Virus record (IMG/VR): IMGVR_UViG_3300010340_001609
Coordinates: 1 to 64,000 of that record
Source of the DNA: a virus
Taxonomy: Duplodnaviria > Caudoviricetes
DNA length: 64,000 nt
Reading direction: 5' to 3' (one strand)
Under the pieces are notes generated by a model. It did no database searches and had not been told where the DNA came from. It saw only the letters and a program-made list of their open reading frames with translations. How positions within the stretch are numbered: the first letter of the stretch is position 1; every line of letters starts with the position of its first letter. Shown piece by piece: positions 42,384-51,497 of the stretch. The translations under genes and the position numbers were made by a program.

Positions 42384-42429
42384 GATTTACCTTAAATAAC
42401 CACCGTATTTTTTTCATGCAACATCAATA

Positions 42430-42763
42430 TTATATTCTGTTTCGTCTAGAGGTTGTATGCGGACGAGCAGAAGGATCAGGGATTAAAGATTGCACCATTG
42501 GATCATTTGCGGATAAAACATCTTTTCCGTTCGGGGTATTTGATTTATTTCGTTCGGAAATTCTTTCTTGAAGCATTTTTAAATGATATTCGATTTCTTT
42601 TCTTGTATAAGAAAAAAAATCTTTTTTAGTAACTCCAAGATAATACAAGAACAATTCCATTGGTTTTAAAATTCGCTCTTGTTTTAGAGCTTCCAAATAT
42701 CCGTAAAACTCTACTAGTTTTTCAGTGCTTTCGAAATCATTATTTGAGCAGTGGAAAAAAAAA
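42430..42763 (-). CDS. tail assembly chaperone frameshift extension (gpT-like part of a G/GT pair)
   Basis: Frame opens three codons before the T9 run at the end of the upstream gene and continues into the 42430..42696 ORF, whose first possible start is a TTG. Confidence 0.6.
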
Positions 42764-43594
42764 TGAAGCGTCTAGTTTCATATCTGATTTTTCTTTATGC
42801 TTGCAATCTCGCTGACTACACTCAAAATCAAAACTAGTGTCTAGTCCTGGTTCAGTATTCATAATATGTTTTCTCAATGCAGCGCTATCTCTCGTAGAGA
42901 TGTTTGTCATTACTTCTAAAATTTTTGCTCTATCTGTAATTCCATTGATAGAAATAATAACAGACGCTAGATCATGAACCAAATCCATTCTCGGATCAAT
43001 TCCTGCTTTTTGTCTATCCTTTTTCTCTTTCGATACACGTTTTGCGTCTCCAACAGTCAAATATTTGTATATCACTTCAAATTGAGACTTTGGAAAAGTA
43101 AATTTAAATAAATTTGAATTTGGTTTCAGCTGAACAACTGAGTTTAAATCTATTGCTTTAAAATTTAATTTTTCCAAAATATTAAATGATATTTCTTGGA
43201 CAGTTTCACATTTTGGACACTCCATATCAAATTTATAAATTTCGTCGAAGCAAACACCTCTTAAAATAGAGAAAATACCGTCTCTATCTCCTGATAAAAG
43301 AGTGTTTACATTTAACATTTTATTTTGTAATGAAACTTGAACAATATCATCAATGACTGTTCCATTTCTAATTCTTGTTTTATCATAAAGAATAGATTCT
43401 TCTAATGGAGTCAATTCAACAAACGTAACAATTTCTTGTTGAAACAATGGATGCCCTGGTTCATATACAGAATATCTCGCAGAAGATAATGGCACATCAA
43501 CTGTATCTCTTGTTATTTCAAGTTCAGGATAATCTGATTTTACTGGCTCTGCAACATTTGAATCATTAAAAAGAGAATTATTTTTTTCAGACAT
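42740..43594 (-). CDS. tail assembly chaperone / baseplate hub assembly protein (T4 gp26-like)
   Basis: VPLSS..Y, LT..EE.IL, LLSGDRD, CPKC, YKYLTVGD, RDSAALR..EPG.D, CxxxxC, terminal SFFFP; likely start ATG 43594. Confidence 0.7.
   Translation of the reverse strand: MSEKNNSLFNDSNVAEPVKSDYPELEITRDTVDVPLSSARYSVYEPGHPLFQQEIVTFVELTPLEESILYDKTRIRNGTVIDDIVQVSLQNKMLNVNTLLSGDRDGIFSILRGVCFDEIYKFDMECPKCETVQEISFNILEKLNFKAIDLNSVVQLKPNSNLFKFTFPKSQFEVIYKYLTVGDAKRVSKEKKDRQKAGIDPRMDLVHDLASVIISINGITDRAKILEVMTNISTRDSAALRKHIMNTEPGLDTSFDFECSQRDCKHKEKSDMKLDASFFFPLLK
42755..42763 (-). other. candidate programmed frameshift site (U9)
   Basis: TCA TTT TTT TTT CCA at the end of the chaperone gene; the +1/-2 frame leads into the downstream ORF. 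Confidence 0.6.
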
Positions 43595-43636
43595 AATATT
43601 ATATATTAACAATATTATTTTACAAATATCAATTTG

Positions 43637-44434
43637 TTATTTAACGGTTGCTTTAACTGTTTTTTCTTCCTGGGAAGTTGCTTGTGGCCTTTTAATGTTT
43701 TTTGTGGCGTCATTCATGGACGAATTATTACTTGGGTAATTTGTCGCATTTGAATTTTGCAATGCTTTTATTTTTTCTTTTTGGGCTCCAATAATTTGAC
43801 TTTTATTCTCAGTTGTTAAGCCCGTATCCAACATTACAGGTCTTCCATTTGGATCTAATCCCCAGTTATGCGGATTTGCCATATCACTTATTGCATATCC
43901 ACAATCTTTCATTACTGTAACTGCAATTAAAAAATCTCTATGAGCTTTAACTTCTGCGATGTCTTCTTTTGACGCAGCTTTTGCATTATTTGAAACTATT
44001 TGTAATGCATTTTCAAATTTTTCGAACGACTCAAATTTAAAATAAGAAGAAATTTTTTCTTTAGAGCCATCATCGAGATTTTCAACTTTTTCTGCTATAA
44101 CAAAAAGAAAATCATCTCCGACTTCGTAAATTTCTGGGATCAGTTGTGCTTTCTGCGCAATTTTACAGACCTTGCTTTCCGCTTTCGTTTGAGAAATAGA
44201 GCTTGCAATGTCGTATGTAGCTGATTCTGAAAAGGAAATTTTAATTATTTTTCCATCTCCAATATCAAATGCTGTTCTATTGGAACCCATACCTATAAAA
44301 GTTAGATTTTCTTTTGCAATTTTAAAAATTATTTTTGCTCTTTCTTCTAAAGAAAAATTTTTAAATTCAGAAACTCTTTTTATTTTTGTTAACGAATCTA
44401 CAGATTCAAAAATGAAAACTTTGAGTGATTTCAT
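43637..44434 (-). CDS. protein kinase-like protein
   Basis: Gly loop IGMGSNRTAF, IIKIS lysine, helix-C Glu, catalytic loop DMANPHNWG, DFG-equivalent LDTG. Confidence 0.75.
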   Translation of the reverse strand: MKSLKVFIFESVDSLTKIKRVSEFKNFSLEERAKIIFKIAKENLTFIGMGSNRTAFDIGDGKIIKISFSESATYDIASSISQTKAESKVCKIAQKAQLIPEIYEVGDDFLFVIAEKVENLDDGSKEKISSYFKFESFEKFENALQIVSNNAKAASKEDIAEVKAHRDFLIAVTVMKDCGYAISDMANPHNWGLDPNGRPVMLDTGLTTENKSQIIGAQKEKIKALQNSNATNYPSNNSSMNDATKNIKRPQATSQEEKTVKATVK

Positions 44435-44862
44435 TATTCTTCTTCTCTTGGGAAAGATTTTAATCTACCAATCGCATCCTGAACCGCAGCTTGTACTTTT
44501 GCACTCATTTCATCCATTATTTCTGCATAAGATTCTTGGAGGTCATCTTGAAGGCTATCTACAGACTGAAGATTTAAAACTTCAACTATTGTTTGTTCGA
44601 AATCTAATGATGCTTCTTGGGCTTTAACTCGCAATCTGCGTTCCGCGTTAATATCACGCCCAGAATTTGTTGCATTAACTGTAGATGTATTTAAATTTTC
44701 CGAAGAAGCGGAAGTGGTTTCTACTTCTTCATTATCACCAGTTGATTCTGTTGGCAATAATGTTTTTTCAGCAAATGAAACAACATGTTCCTCTTTTAAT
44801 CTTTTCTTTAATAAGGCTCTAATAGCAAGTCTTAATTCTTTTTCTTCAAAAATATATGCCAT
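44434..44862 (-). CDS. acidic hypothetical protein, putative capsid-internal protein
   Basis: N-terminal ELRLAIRALLKKRLKEE; TAATTA upstream. Confidence 0.6.
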   Translation of the reverse strand: MAYIFEEKELRLAIRALLKKRLKEEHVVSFAEKTLLPTESTGDNEEVETTSASSENLNTSTVNATNSGRDINAERRLRVKAQEASLDFEQTIVEVLNLQSVDSLQDDLQESYAEIMDEMSAKVQAAVQDAIGRLKSFPREEE

Positions 44863-44879
44863 TTTTTCTCTTTCTATAA

Positions 44880-45437
44880 TTAAGACGCAAAAAATATTTT
44901 CAATTTTATTAATGCATCTTTCACCTGTTGTTTATCTCTTAATTCTTTATTTTTAATTAATTTTGATAAAAATTTATTAAATTCTTCAGGTTCAAGTTCA
45001 TTAAATTTTGATTTAAAAAATTTCAACAAATCATAACTATCCTCTGTTTGTTCGACTAATTTTTCAAATTCTTCTAATGTTGAATCAGATGGAGATTTTT
45101 TTTCTTCCTCTTTTGGTTGATCTTCATTAGATTTTGAATCATCCTCTGTTTCTTGAACATCATCTCCATTATTATCTGTTTCATCTTTTGTATTTGAATT
45201 TTCACCCGAATCTACATTAATATCGTCTGGAGCTGCTCCTCCAAAACCTCCATCGGTACTATTTTCAATATTATCATCTGATGATGCATCATTTACTTTT
45301 GCACTTTGTTCCGCGTCAAAACCATTTGTTGTTGGTTCTGCGGGTAGATTGTCTTCTTTTTCAGTAATATTTTTTTCCGCGCTCTCATTTACTATTGATT
45401 TTCTTAACATTTTAAAAACAAATGGTTTATGATTCAT
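44880..45437 (-). CDS. acidic low-complexity protein, putative capsid-internal/scaffold-like
   Basis: Likely start ATG 45437; SIVNES, NITE motifs then a D/E/N/G-rich disordered stretch. Confidence 0.6.
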   Translation of the reverse strand: MNHKPFVFKMLRKSIVNESAEKNITEKEDNLPAEPTTNGFDAEQSAKVNDASSDDNIENSTDGGFGGAAPDDINVDSGENSNTKDETDNNGDDVQETEDDSKSNEDQPKEEEKKSPSDSTLEEFEKLVEQTEDSYDLLKFFKSKFNELEPEEFNKFLSKLIKNKELRDKQQVKDALIKLKIFFAS

Positions 45438-45442
45438 ATTAA

Positions 45443-45448
45443 TAATTA
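45443..45448. promoter_or_regulatory. candidate bidirectional late promoter TAATTA
   Basis: Centred in the 16 nt gap between divergent ATGs at 45437 and 45454. Confidence 0.45.
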
Positions 45449-45453
45449 ATAAC

Positions 45454-45603
45454 ATGAATAATGACAAAGAACAAAAAATTCTTCTTCTTATTGAAGAATT
45501 AGAAGACCGAATTGAAAAACTTGAATCTGAACTTAAAAAAATAAAAAATCTTCAAGAAAACTCATTGGAAAAACAGCCAAAAAAAGTATTACTTAAAGAT
45601 TAA
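45454..45603 (+). CDS. 49 aa coiled-coil microprotein
   Basis: MNNDKEQKILLLIEELEDRIEKLESELKKIKNLQENSLEKQPKKVLLKD; fills the gap; below ORF-track cutoff. Confidence 0.65.
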   Translation: MNNDKEQKILLLIEELEDRIEKLESELKKIKNLQENSLEKQPKKVLLKD

Positions 45604-46288
45604 TAAAATCTTCATTAAAGAATTTTTTTATTTCTTCTTTTATTTCAATTTGATTTATATAATTCTCGAATTTTTCATCTGTATAAAATTTTTCAATTGG
45701 CATGGTAAAATAATAACTTGAAGTTGAAAGTTGACCCTTTATCCAATTTTTTAGTTGTGAAAGATACCAATCTTCAAGACCAAGCATTTCCGCGATAAAC
45801 AGGCTAGAACTATAAGCACGCATTTCCCAGTGATATCTTCCGTATTTAGGAATCGGAGAAATACAAATCAAGGCAAAGAAAAGAAAAACAGATCCTAGAA
45901 TTAATAATTTAAATATGAAAAAAAATATTGAAAGTATCAATAATGGTAAGCCAAAAAAAAGCTCTGGTAAATACGTTGGCTTGTAAACTATTTTATTATT
46001 TTGTTCATCTATAGCATGAATAGATTCATGTATTATGGTTTCCATAAATCTTTTAGGATTTATCGAAGCAATTAATTCTTTGGGAAAATAAATTGTATTG
46101 TTAATTGTTGTAATATATGAAGACATAAAACGAGTGTTTATTTTAAAAAAAGAAAGAAAAAAACCAATAAAAGCCATCAGTTTGCTACTTTCTTTTTCAA
46201 TTATTTTTATTGGTTTTTTTAATTTTTTATTTAAATGATTTTGAAAAAAATTATTTGCATTTAATAAATTTACTTCTTTGTAACTCAT
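45593..46288 (-). CDS. membrane-associated zinc metallopeptidase-like protein
   Basis: TTINNTIYFP, IIHESIH, hydrophobic hairpin, downstream WEMRAY Glu ligand. Confidence 0.65.
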   Translation of the reverse strand: MSYKEVNLLNANNFFQNHLNKKLKKPIKIIEKESSKLMAFIGFFLSFFKINTRFMSSYITTINNTIYFPKELIASINPKRFMETIIHESIHAIDEQNNKIVYKPTYLPELFFGLPLLILSIFFFIFKLLILGSVFLFFALICISPIPKYGRYHWEMRAYSSSLFIAEMLGLEDWYLSQLKNWIKGQLSTSSYYFTMPIEKFYTDEKFENYINQIEIKEEIKKFFNEDFINL

Positions 46289-46355
46289 GTGCTTTCCTTT
46301 TACCCTGTCATAAATAATTTATTATATACAAATTAAAATATTTATAACAATTATA

Positions 46356-46808
46356 TTGTTTATGACATTTTTTTTAACATCCTCCACAGCAAATTATGAT
46401 CTGTTAGCGTCTGCAACAGATTATAGTATGTTAACAACTAATACTTCAGACAATATAACAATTTACGATTTTACGTGTGATAACATATCCAACACTTCAC
46501 GTTCTTTTATGTTTTATAATGATATGAATAATACAATAAAAAAATTTAACAAGACTAAAACTGGTGATTATGAATTCAATTTCAATTTCTCTTCAAAACC
46601 ATCTGTAACCTTAGAAGCTTTTAATAAATGGATCATTGTTGCTCAAAATTCATTAACTTTTAAAATTGAAATACCTTCTGATATGGATTTAACGACAATT
46701 AATTTTCGATTAATTGAAATTAGTGATATAGATTATAAATTGACAATAGAAGGAAAAAAATACAATTCAGAAGATTTGCAAAAATTTAAATCAATTAAAA
46801 TCTTTTAA
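46356..46808 (+). CDS. hypothetical protein (possibly degenerate Hsp20-like C-terminus)
   Basis: FKIEIPSDMDLTTI..LTIEGKK..KSIKI loosely resembles the alpha-crystallin domain end. Confidence 0.4.
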   Translation: MFMTFFLTSSTANYDLLASATDYSMLTTNTSDNITIYDFTCDNISNTSRSFMFYNDMNNTIKKFNKTKTGDYEFNFNFSSKPSVTLEAFNKWIIVAQNSLTFKIEIPSDMDLTTINFRLIEISDIDYKLTIEGKKYNSEDLQKFKSIKIF

Positions 46809-47283
46809 GTATATCTCTTTTTTGTTGACGATTTAATAAAGTTAAATCAAACAAAGTTTTACCTTCTAAGTGAGACAGTTCATGTTGAACTATAATAGAA
46901 AAATCTTCTGTTAAATTTTCTTCGTTTTCCTTGTTTCCATCAAACCATTTTATTGTTATAAACTTATGTCTTTTAATGGGTAAAAATATTTTTGGAATAG
47001 ACAAACATCCTTCAGTCGTAACAACAGTCTCTTCTGATGCCTCTATTATTTTTGTATTGAAAAACAGTTCATATTCTTTGCTATTTTCACGTTTTGCAAT
47101 GAAAAAATGTTCGGTTAATCCTACCTGGACAGAGGCCAAACCTATTCCTTTTGAGTCATCGCAGATTTTTTTCATTAATTCAATTTTTGTCTTGTAATTT
47201 TCGAAATCAAAATTTGCGATATCAATTTCAATTCCTTTTTTCCCTTGTATTTTATTAAATAATAAAGGTTTATTATTCATCAT
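46795..47283 (-). CDS. def: peptide deformylase
   Basis: GIGLASVQVG, EGCLSIP, QHELSHLEG. Confidence 0.93.
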   Translation of the reverse strand: MMNNKPLLFNKIQGKKGIEIDIANFDFENYKTKIELMKKICDDSKGIGLASVQVGLTEHFFIAKRENSKEYELFFNTKIIEASEETVVTTEGCLSIPKIFLPIKRHKFITIKWFDGNKENEENLTEDFSIIVQHELSHLEGKTLFDLTLLNRQQKRDILKRF

Positions 47284-49378
47284 TTTCTCCTAATATTTCT
47301 TTTAGTTCAGAAGCTTTCAACAATGTTTGTTCATTTGATCTATCAATGTTTAATGCAAGTTTTCTAATTTCTCTTTTTTGCATTATTTTTGATTGCATTC
47401 TGTTTTCAACACCAGAGCTTGCAACAATGTAATAACACTTAACGGGTTTTGTTTGTAATGTTCTGTGGATTCTAGCATTTCTTTGATCTATTTTGGCTGG
47501 GTTCCATGGTATTTCTGTATGTACGATTACATTGCTGACCGTCTGCAAGCCATCTAAACCAGTTCCGCCAGCATCAGAAGAAAGAAATATCATTGTTGAT
47601 GAATCTGTTTTAAACTGTTCTACAAGTTTTGGCCGTTGTTTTGTAGGAACATCTCCAGAATATATAACATATTTTATGTTTGGAAATTCTTTTTTAATCA
47701 TTCTTTCAATAATGGCGAGCATTTCTGTCCATTCAGAAAATAATACAAGTTTTTCATTTTGATTAATACAATGATCCATTATCATATTTTTGACTAAATC
47801 TATTTTTGGTTCATAGTAATCTTTACTAGTTTTGGTTAATAGTTCAGAAGCTGTACATGCTTGTCTTGCCTTTAACAAATAGGCATTAAGCATAATTTGT
47901 TCGTGTGCGCGCAAAGGTTTTTCCATCCCTTTTTTTAAAAGCGTATCTGCCATTATTCTATAAGTTTCTTCTACTTTTTTCTGCTCTTCTGATAAATCAA
48001 TGTATTTCGTTTCTTCTGTTAATGGAGGAAGTTTTTTTCTTAGTTCTTCTTCAGAAATTGAAAACACACAATGTTGTATTTTTTTGTGTAAAAGATCTAT
48101 ATTTTTAATACCATTATAAACAATTTTATATTTTGATGCAGCAATTACATTTTGAAAATTTCTATCAAATTTCCATTTTGGACCCAAGGCCGAATCATCA
48201 ACAATTTGCATTGTGTTATATAAATCATCTAATTTGTTTTCAATAATAGTTCCTGATAAACCAAAAAAATATTCCGATTTAAGTTTTCTTATAGCTTTCC
48301 AAGTTTTTGTTTCACTATTTTTAACCGTTTGCAATTCATCAACTATTAACATATCTGCAATATATCTTGTTTTTTTTCCTTCTCCAACTAAATCATCAAT
48401 ATATCTTGTCATCATATGGTAGTTTATAATTCCAATACCTTTTCCTTCCCATTCTTTTATTTCTTTTTGAGAGGACAGTATTACAGAATCCAAACCCGTG
48501 AAACGCTTAATTTCTTTTACCCATTGCTGTTTAAGAGTATTTGGAACTATAACAAATAATGTGAAATTTTCATTTTCATCATGAAATTTCTTGAATAAAG
48601 AAATAGAAGTAAGTGTTTTTCCTCCTCCTGGTGGAAGTGCAACCACAGACCGTTTAGCTGCCAAACAATCTATAAAAATATCCTTTTGATAATCAAATAA
48701 ACTGATACCAGGAACAATTGTTTCTAATTCCTTTTTAATTGATGTCTCTAGTATTTTTTCTTTATTAAAAAGAAATTTATTTACCTTACTAAGTTTATCT
48801 ATTTTAATTTCTGATTCTATTTTTATTCTGGCAGACCCTGAAATAAAAACTTCTAACTCTTCTGAATGTTCTAAAAGAAGTTCTTTGTGTTCTTTATTGA
48901 AATCCTTAAATAAAAGAAGCACTTCTTCTCTATGATTTGAACCAGTAACCGTGTACTGCTCTTTTGAAAAATTATATTGTATGAATGTTTTATATTTTAA
49001 TTTTTGTTTTATTTTGCTTGATACGTTATGAATGATTTTAAAAATTTCTTCTTTTTTATGATATTTAACTAATCTATGAAGCACAGCAATATGTTCACAA
49101 AAATTAAGTTCCTGTTCTTTAAATTCCGAACAGGAACAAAAATGATTTGAACTGTCATTTTTTTCGACACCAACAAATTCAATATAATCCTTGTTTATTT
49201 TAAGTTTTAATGGCAATTTTTCTTGATTTTCATCAAAACTAATTTTATACTTTTTCCCTGTGGAATATTGAAATATCTTTTTTCTTTCCAAATCATCTGC
49301 CGCAGCGGAATCTTCGAAATTTGAATATTCTTTTTCGTTTTTTTCTTTATCCAAAGATAAAAGTTCATGTTCAATCAT
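47273..49378 (-). CDS. SWIM zinc finger + SNF2-family helicase
   Basis: CSC..FCEH SWIM; PPGGGKT, DELQ, LSGT.IEN.LDDL, LFSEW, SDAGGTGL, WNPA..QRNARIHR. Confidence 0.88.
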   Translation of the reverse strand: MIEHELLSLDKEKNEKEYSNFEDSAAADDLERKKIFQYSTGKKYKISFDENQEKLPLKLKINKDYIEFVGVEKNDSSNHFCSCSEFKEQELNFCEHIAVLHRLVKYHKKEEIFKIIHNVSSKIKQKLKYKTFIQYNFSKEQYTVTGSNHREEVLLLFKDFNKEHKELLLEHSEELEVFISGSARIKIESEIKIDKLSKVNKFLFNKEKILETSIKKELETIVPGISLFDYQKDIFIDCLAAKRSVVALPPGGGKTLTSISLFKKFHDENENFTLFVIVPNTLKQQWVKEIKRFTGLDSVILSSQKEIKEWEGKGIGIINYHMMTRYIDDLVGEGKKTRYIADMLIVDELQTVKNSETKTWKAIRKLKSEYFFGLSGTIIENKLDDLYNTMQIVDDSALGPKWKFDRNFQNVIAASKYKIVYNGIKNIDLLHKKIQHCVFSISEEELRKKLPPLTEETKYIDLSEEQKKVEETYRIMADTLLKKGMEKPLRAHEQIMLNAYLLKARQACTASELLTKTSKDYYEPKIDLVKNMIMDHCINQNEKLVLFSEWTEMLAIIERMIKKEFPNIKYVIYSGDVPTKQRPKLVEQFKTDSSTMIFLSSDAGGTGLDGLQTVSNVIVHTEIPWNPAKIDQRNARIHRTLQTKPVKCYYIVASSGVENRMQSKIMQKREIRKLALNIDRSNEQTLLKASELKEILGENDE

Positions 49379-49393
49379 TGATTTTAGCCTTAT

Positions 49394-49421
49394 AATTTAA
49401 CCTAACAGTTTGACTTGTCAA
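49394..49421 (-). promoter_or_regulatory. candidate sigma70-type promoter for the SNF2-def operon
   Basis: Minus strand TTGACA-N16-TAAATT; the -35 lies in the inverted repeat TTGAC-TT-GTCAA. Confidence 0.35.
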
Positions 49422-49448
49422 GTAAAATCATAATTAGATTAAAATCTA

Positions 49449-50428
49449 ATGCTGTTTGAAGTAGCTCCCCCTGGCAAAAAATACGAAAAATTAGTCTTGA
49501 AATTGAAAAAGAAATACGGCGAAAACAGTGAGAAACCGTTTGCGCTGGCTTGGGCAATTTACAATAAAAGGAACAAACCCAGGCACGCCGACGAATCTGT
49601 CGGTGACAAGTATGGTATAACTGGAATGCAAGATCAACTGTTAGCAGAAAAAAAGAATTCAAAACAAAATGAATTTAAACTAAAAGAATTATTGTTCGAG
49701 TCTAGTTCAGATATTGAAGAAAAAGAAGATCAAATAGAAGAAGGAAATTCTTTTCAAGATATTGTAGAATCAATGTCATTGAAAGAAATATTCCAATACG
49801 CTTCTGCTAATTTTAAAAAATTAGGAGAAGGAGAAGGAAGAGCTGTTTTTGATATTGGAAATAATAAAGTTGTTAAAATTGCAAAAGATAAAAGTGGTAT
49901 AGCTCAAAATAAAAATGAATCTCTTACGTATGATGTTTTGTGAGCAATAATGAAGAAGAAATTTTACCAGAAATATTCTGGTCAGACCATAAATACAGAT
50001 TTTTAGTCGTTGAAATGGTAAATCCAATCACAGAGTCCCAGTTTGAATCTAAAACTGGGATTCCCTGGGATCAGTACGAATATGAATTAGAGGGACTCTA
50101 TCGGGCATACAAAGCTAATATATTTGATCCAAATGAAGATGATACGGTCAACATGACTGATTTAGAATCAGGTCATAATTTTTCTTCTCGATATCAATAT
50201 GAGGAATGGAGAACAGATGAAGATGGATCACTTATAACAGATGAAGAAGATGATATCAGAACTGTTACTCAGTTTGAAAAAAAGATAATAAACCTTATTT
50301 CTCAAGGTGATCTTTTATTAGGTGATTTGTTATATCTACATCATTACGGTTTAACAAATGATGGAAGAATTGTTCTTATCGATTCAGGGTTCACATTTCA
50401 AACAAAACTTGCCAATTATTATAATTGA
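49449..50428 (+). CDS. protein kinase-like protein split by a one-base frameshift at ~49935-49943
   Basis: 49449..49943 holds LGEGEGRAVF, VVKIA and helix-C QNKNE; 49940..50428 holds ILPEIF..LVVEMV, GDLLYLHHYG and LIDSG; colinear with paralog 43637..44434. Confidence 0.72.
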
Positions 50429-51477
50429 TATACTAATCCTTCAGATGAACCTGATTCACTTATTTTTTCAAATCCTAATTTAATAAGAAGGTTTTCCATT
50501 AAAGGATTGATCACTTGGGCCTGTATTTTCGTTCCGTGTTTTTTATAACGACTTATAATATTAGTTATTAATTTTGTCGCAATTCCGAGATTTCTATGAG
50601 AGTCGTCAACAGCAATACTAAATCTAACAATAGATTGAATACCAGAATCGTAATCATCTTCATTGGGCATTTCTTTAGAAATTACTGAACCACCTATCAC
50701 TTTTCCATCTTCTGTAATTGCAGCTTCAAATGGGTGTTCTATAGACATTATTCGAACCTCTGCATTTGCAAAAATTTGACTTAAATCATAAAATAAATCG
50801 CTCGCTTCAATAGTTTGACCATTCTGAAGATTTATTTCGTAATCTTCTTCATCTGAATCAGATATATCAATTATATTATAATTCGTTTTTGCTTCAAAAA
50901 GAAATTCATCCTTTTCTTTTAATGACATATCAATAATATCAATAATTTTTTGATATAATTCCTCTTCCGAATCCAAAGAATCAAGTTTTATTATTTCAAG
51001 ACTTGGTTTTACCCATACTCTAACAACTTCTCTTTTAAAAACTATTTCAACTTTTATATCTTTGTATGTAAATGATAAAATATCATTTTTAAAAAGTGCA
51101 TCTGGGAACTTAATTTTAAAATAATTTACAATGCTTTTGCTTGTTGGTTTATTACCAAGTTTTTTTAAAAAACGATGTATTTCTTTTGTTAAAGAAAGAA
51201 TACCCTGTGCTTGGATACTTTCAGCTCCTACGAATTTTATTGTTTTTTCAAACTTATATAAATTATATATAATTTTTACAGTAAGAAGTTTTTTTTCATT
51301 TGAATAAAATAATTCACCGTTAAATTTGTTGTTAACAATAAATGTTAACATAGCATGTTCTATAAAATTTGATGAATGCGTTACTTTAAATTCAAAATCT
51401 GTAATTTCAGACTGAAAAAAATCAACTATATCTTTAAGTGTTTCTGTAAAATCATAGAAAAATGGTTTTAATTGCAT
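50419..51477 (-). CDS. GNAT acetyltransferase with N-terminal extension
   Basis: C-terminal FSIAVDDSHRNLGIATKL (acetyl-CoA motif A) and NP.M..LL.KLGF (motif B). Confidence 0.8.
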   Translation of the reverse strand: MQLKPFFYDFTETLKDIVDFFQSEITDFEFKVTHSSNFIEHAMLTFIVNNKFNGELFYSNEKKLLTVKIIYNLYKFEKTIKFVGAESIQAQGILSLTKEIHRFLKKLGNKPTSKSIVNYFKIKFPDALFKNDILSFTYKDIKVEIVFKREVVRVWVKPSLEIIKLDSLDSEEELYQKIIDIIDMSLKEKDEFLFEAKTNYNIIDISDSDEEDYEINLQNGQTIEASDLFYDLSQIFANAEVRIMSIEHPFEAAITEDGKVIGGSVISKEMPNEDDYDSGIQSIVRFSIAVDDSHRNLGIATKLITNIISRYKKHGTKIQAQVINPLMENLLIKLGFEKISESGSSEGLVYQL

Positions 51478-51497
51478 TATACTTTACTATAAGTAAA

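Noticed and set aside
2721-48422. Many 60-140 aa plus-strand ORFs nested in long minus-strand genes
   Set aside because: Fully antisense to well-supported genes, with F/S/I/L-rich mirror composition
884-49378. Inteins or introns in the Mre11-Rad50 fusion, primase or SNF2
   Set aside because: Motif spacing is normal; no splicing or LAGLIDADG motifs seen
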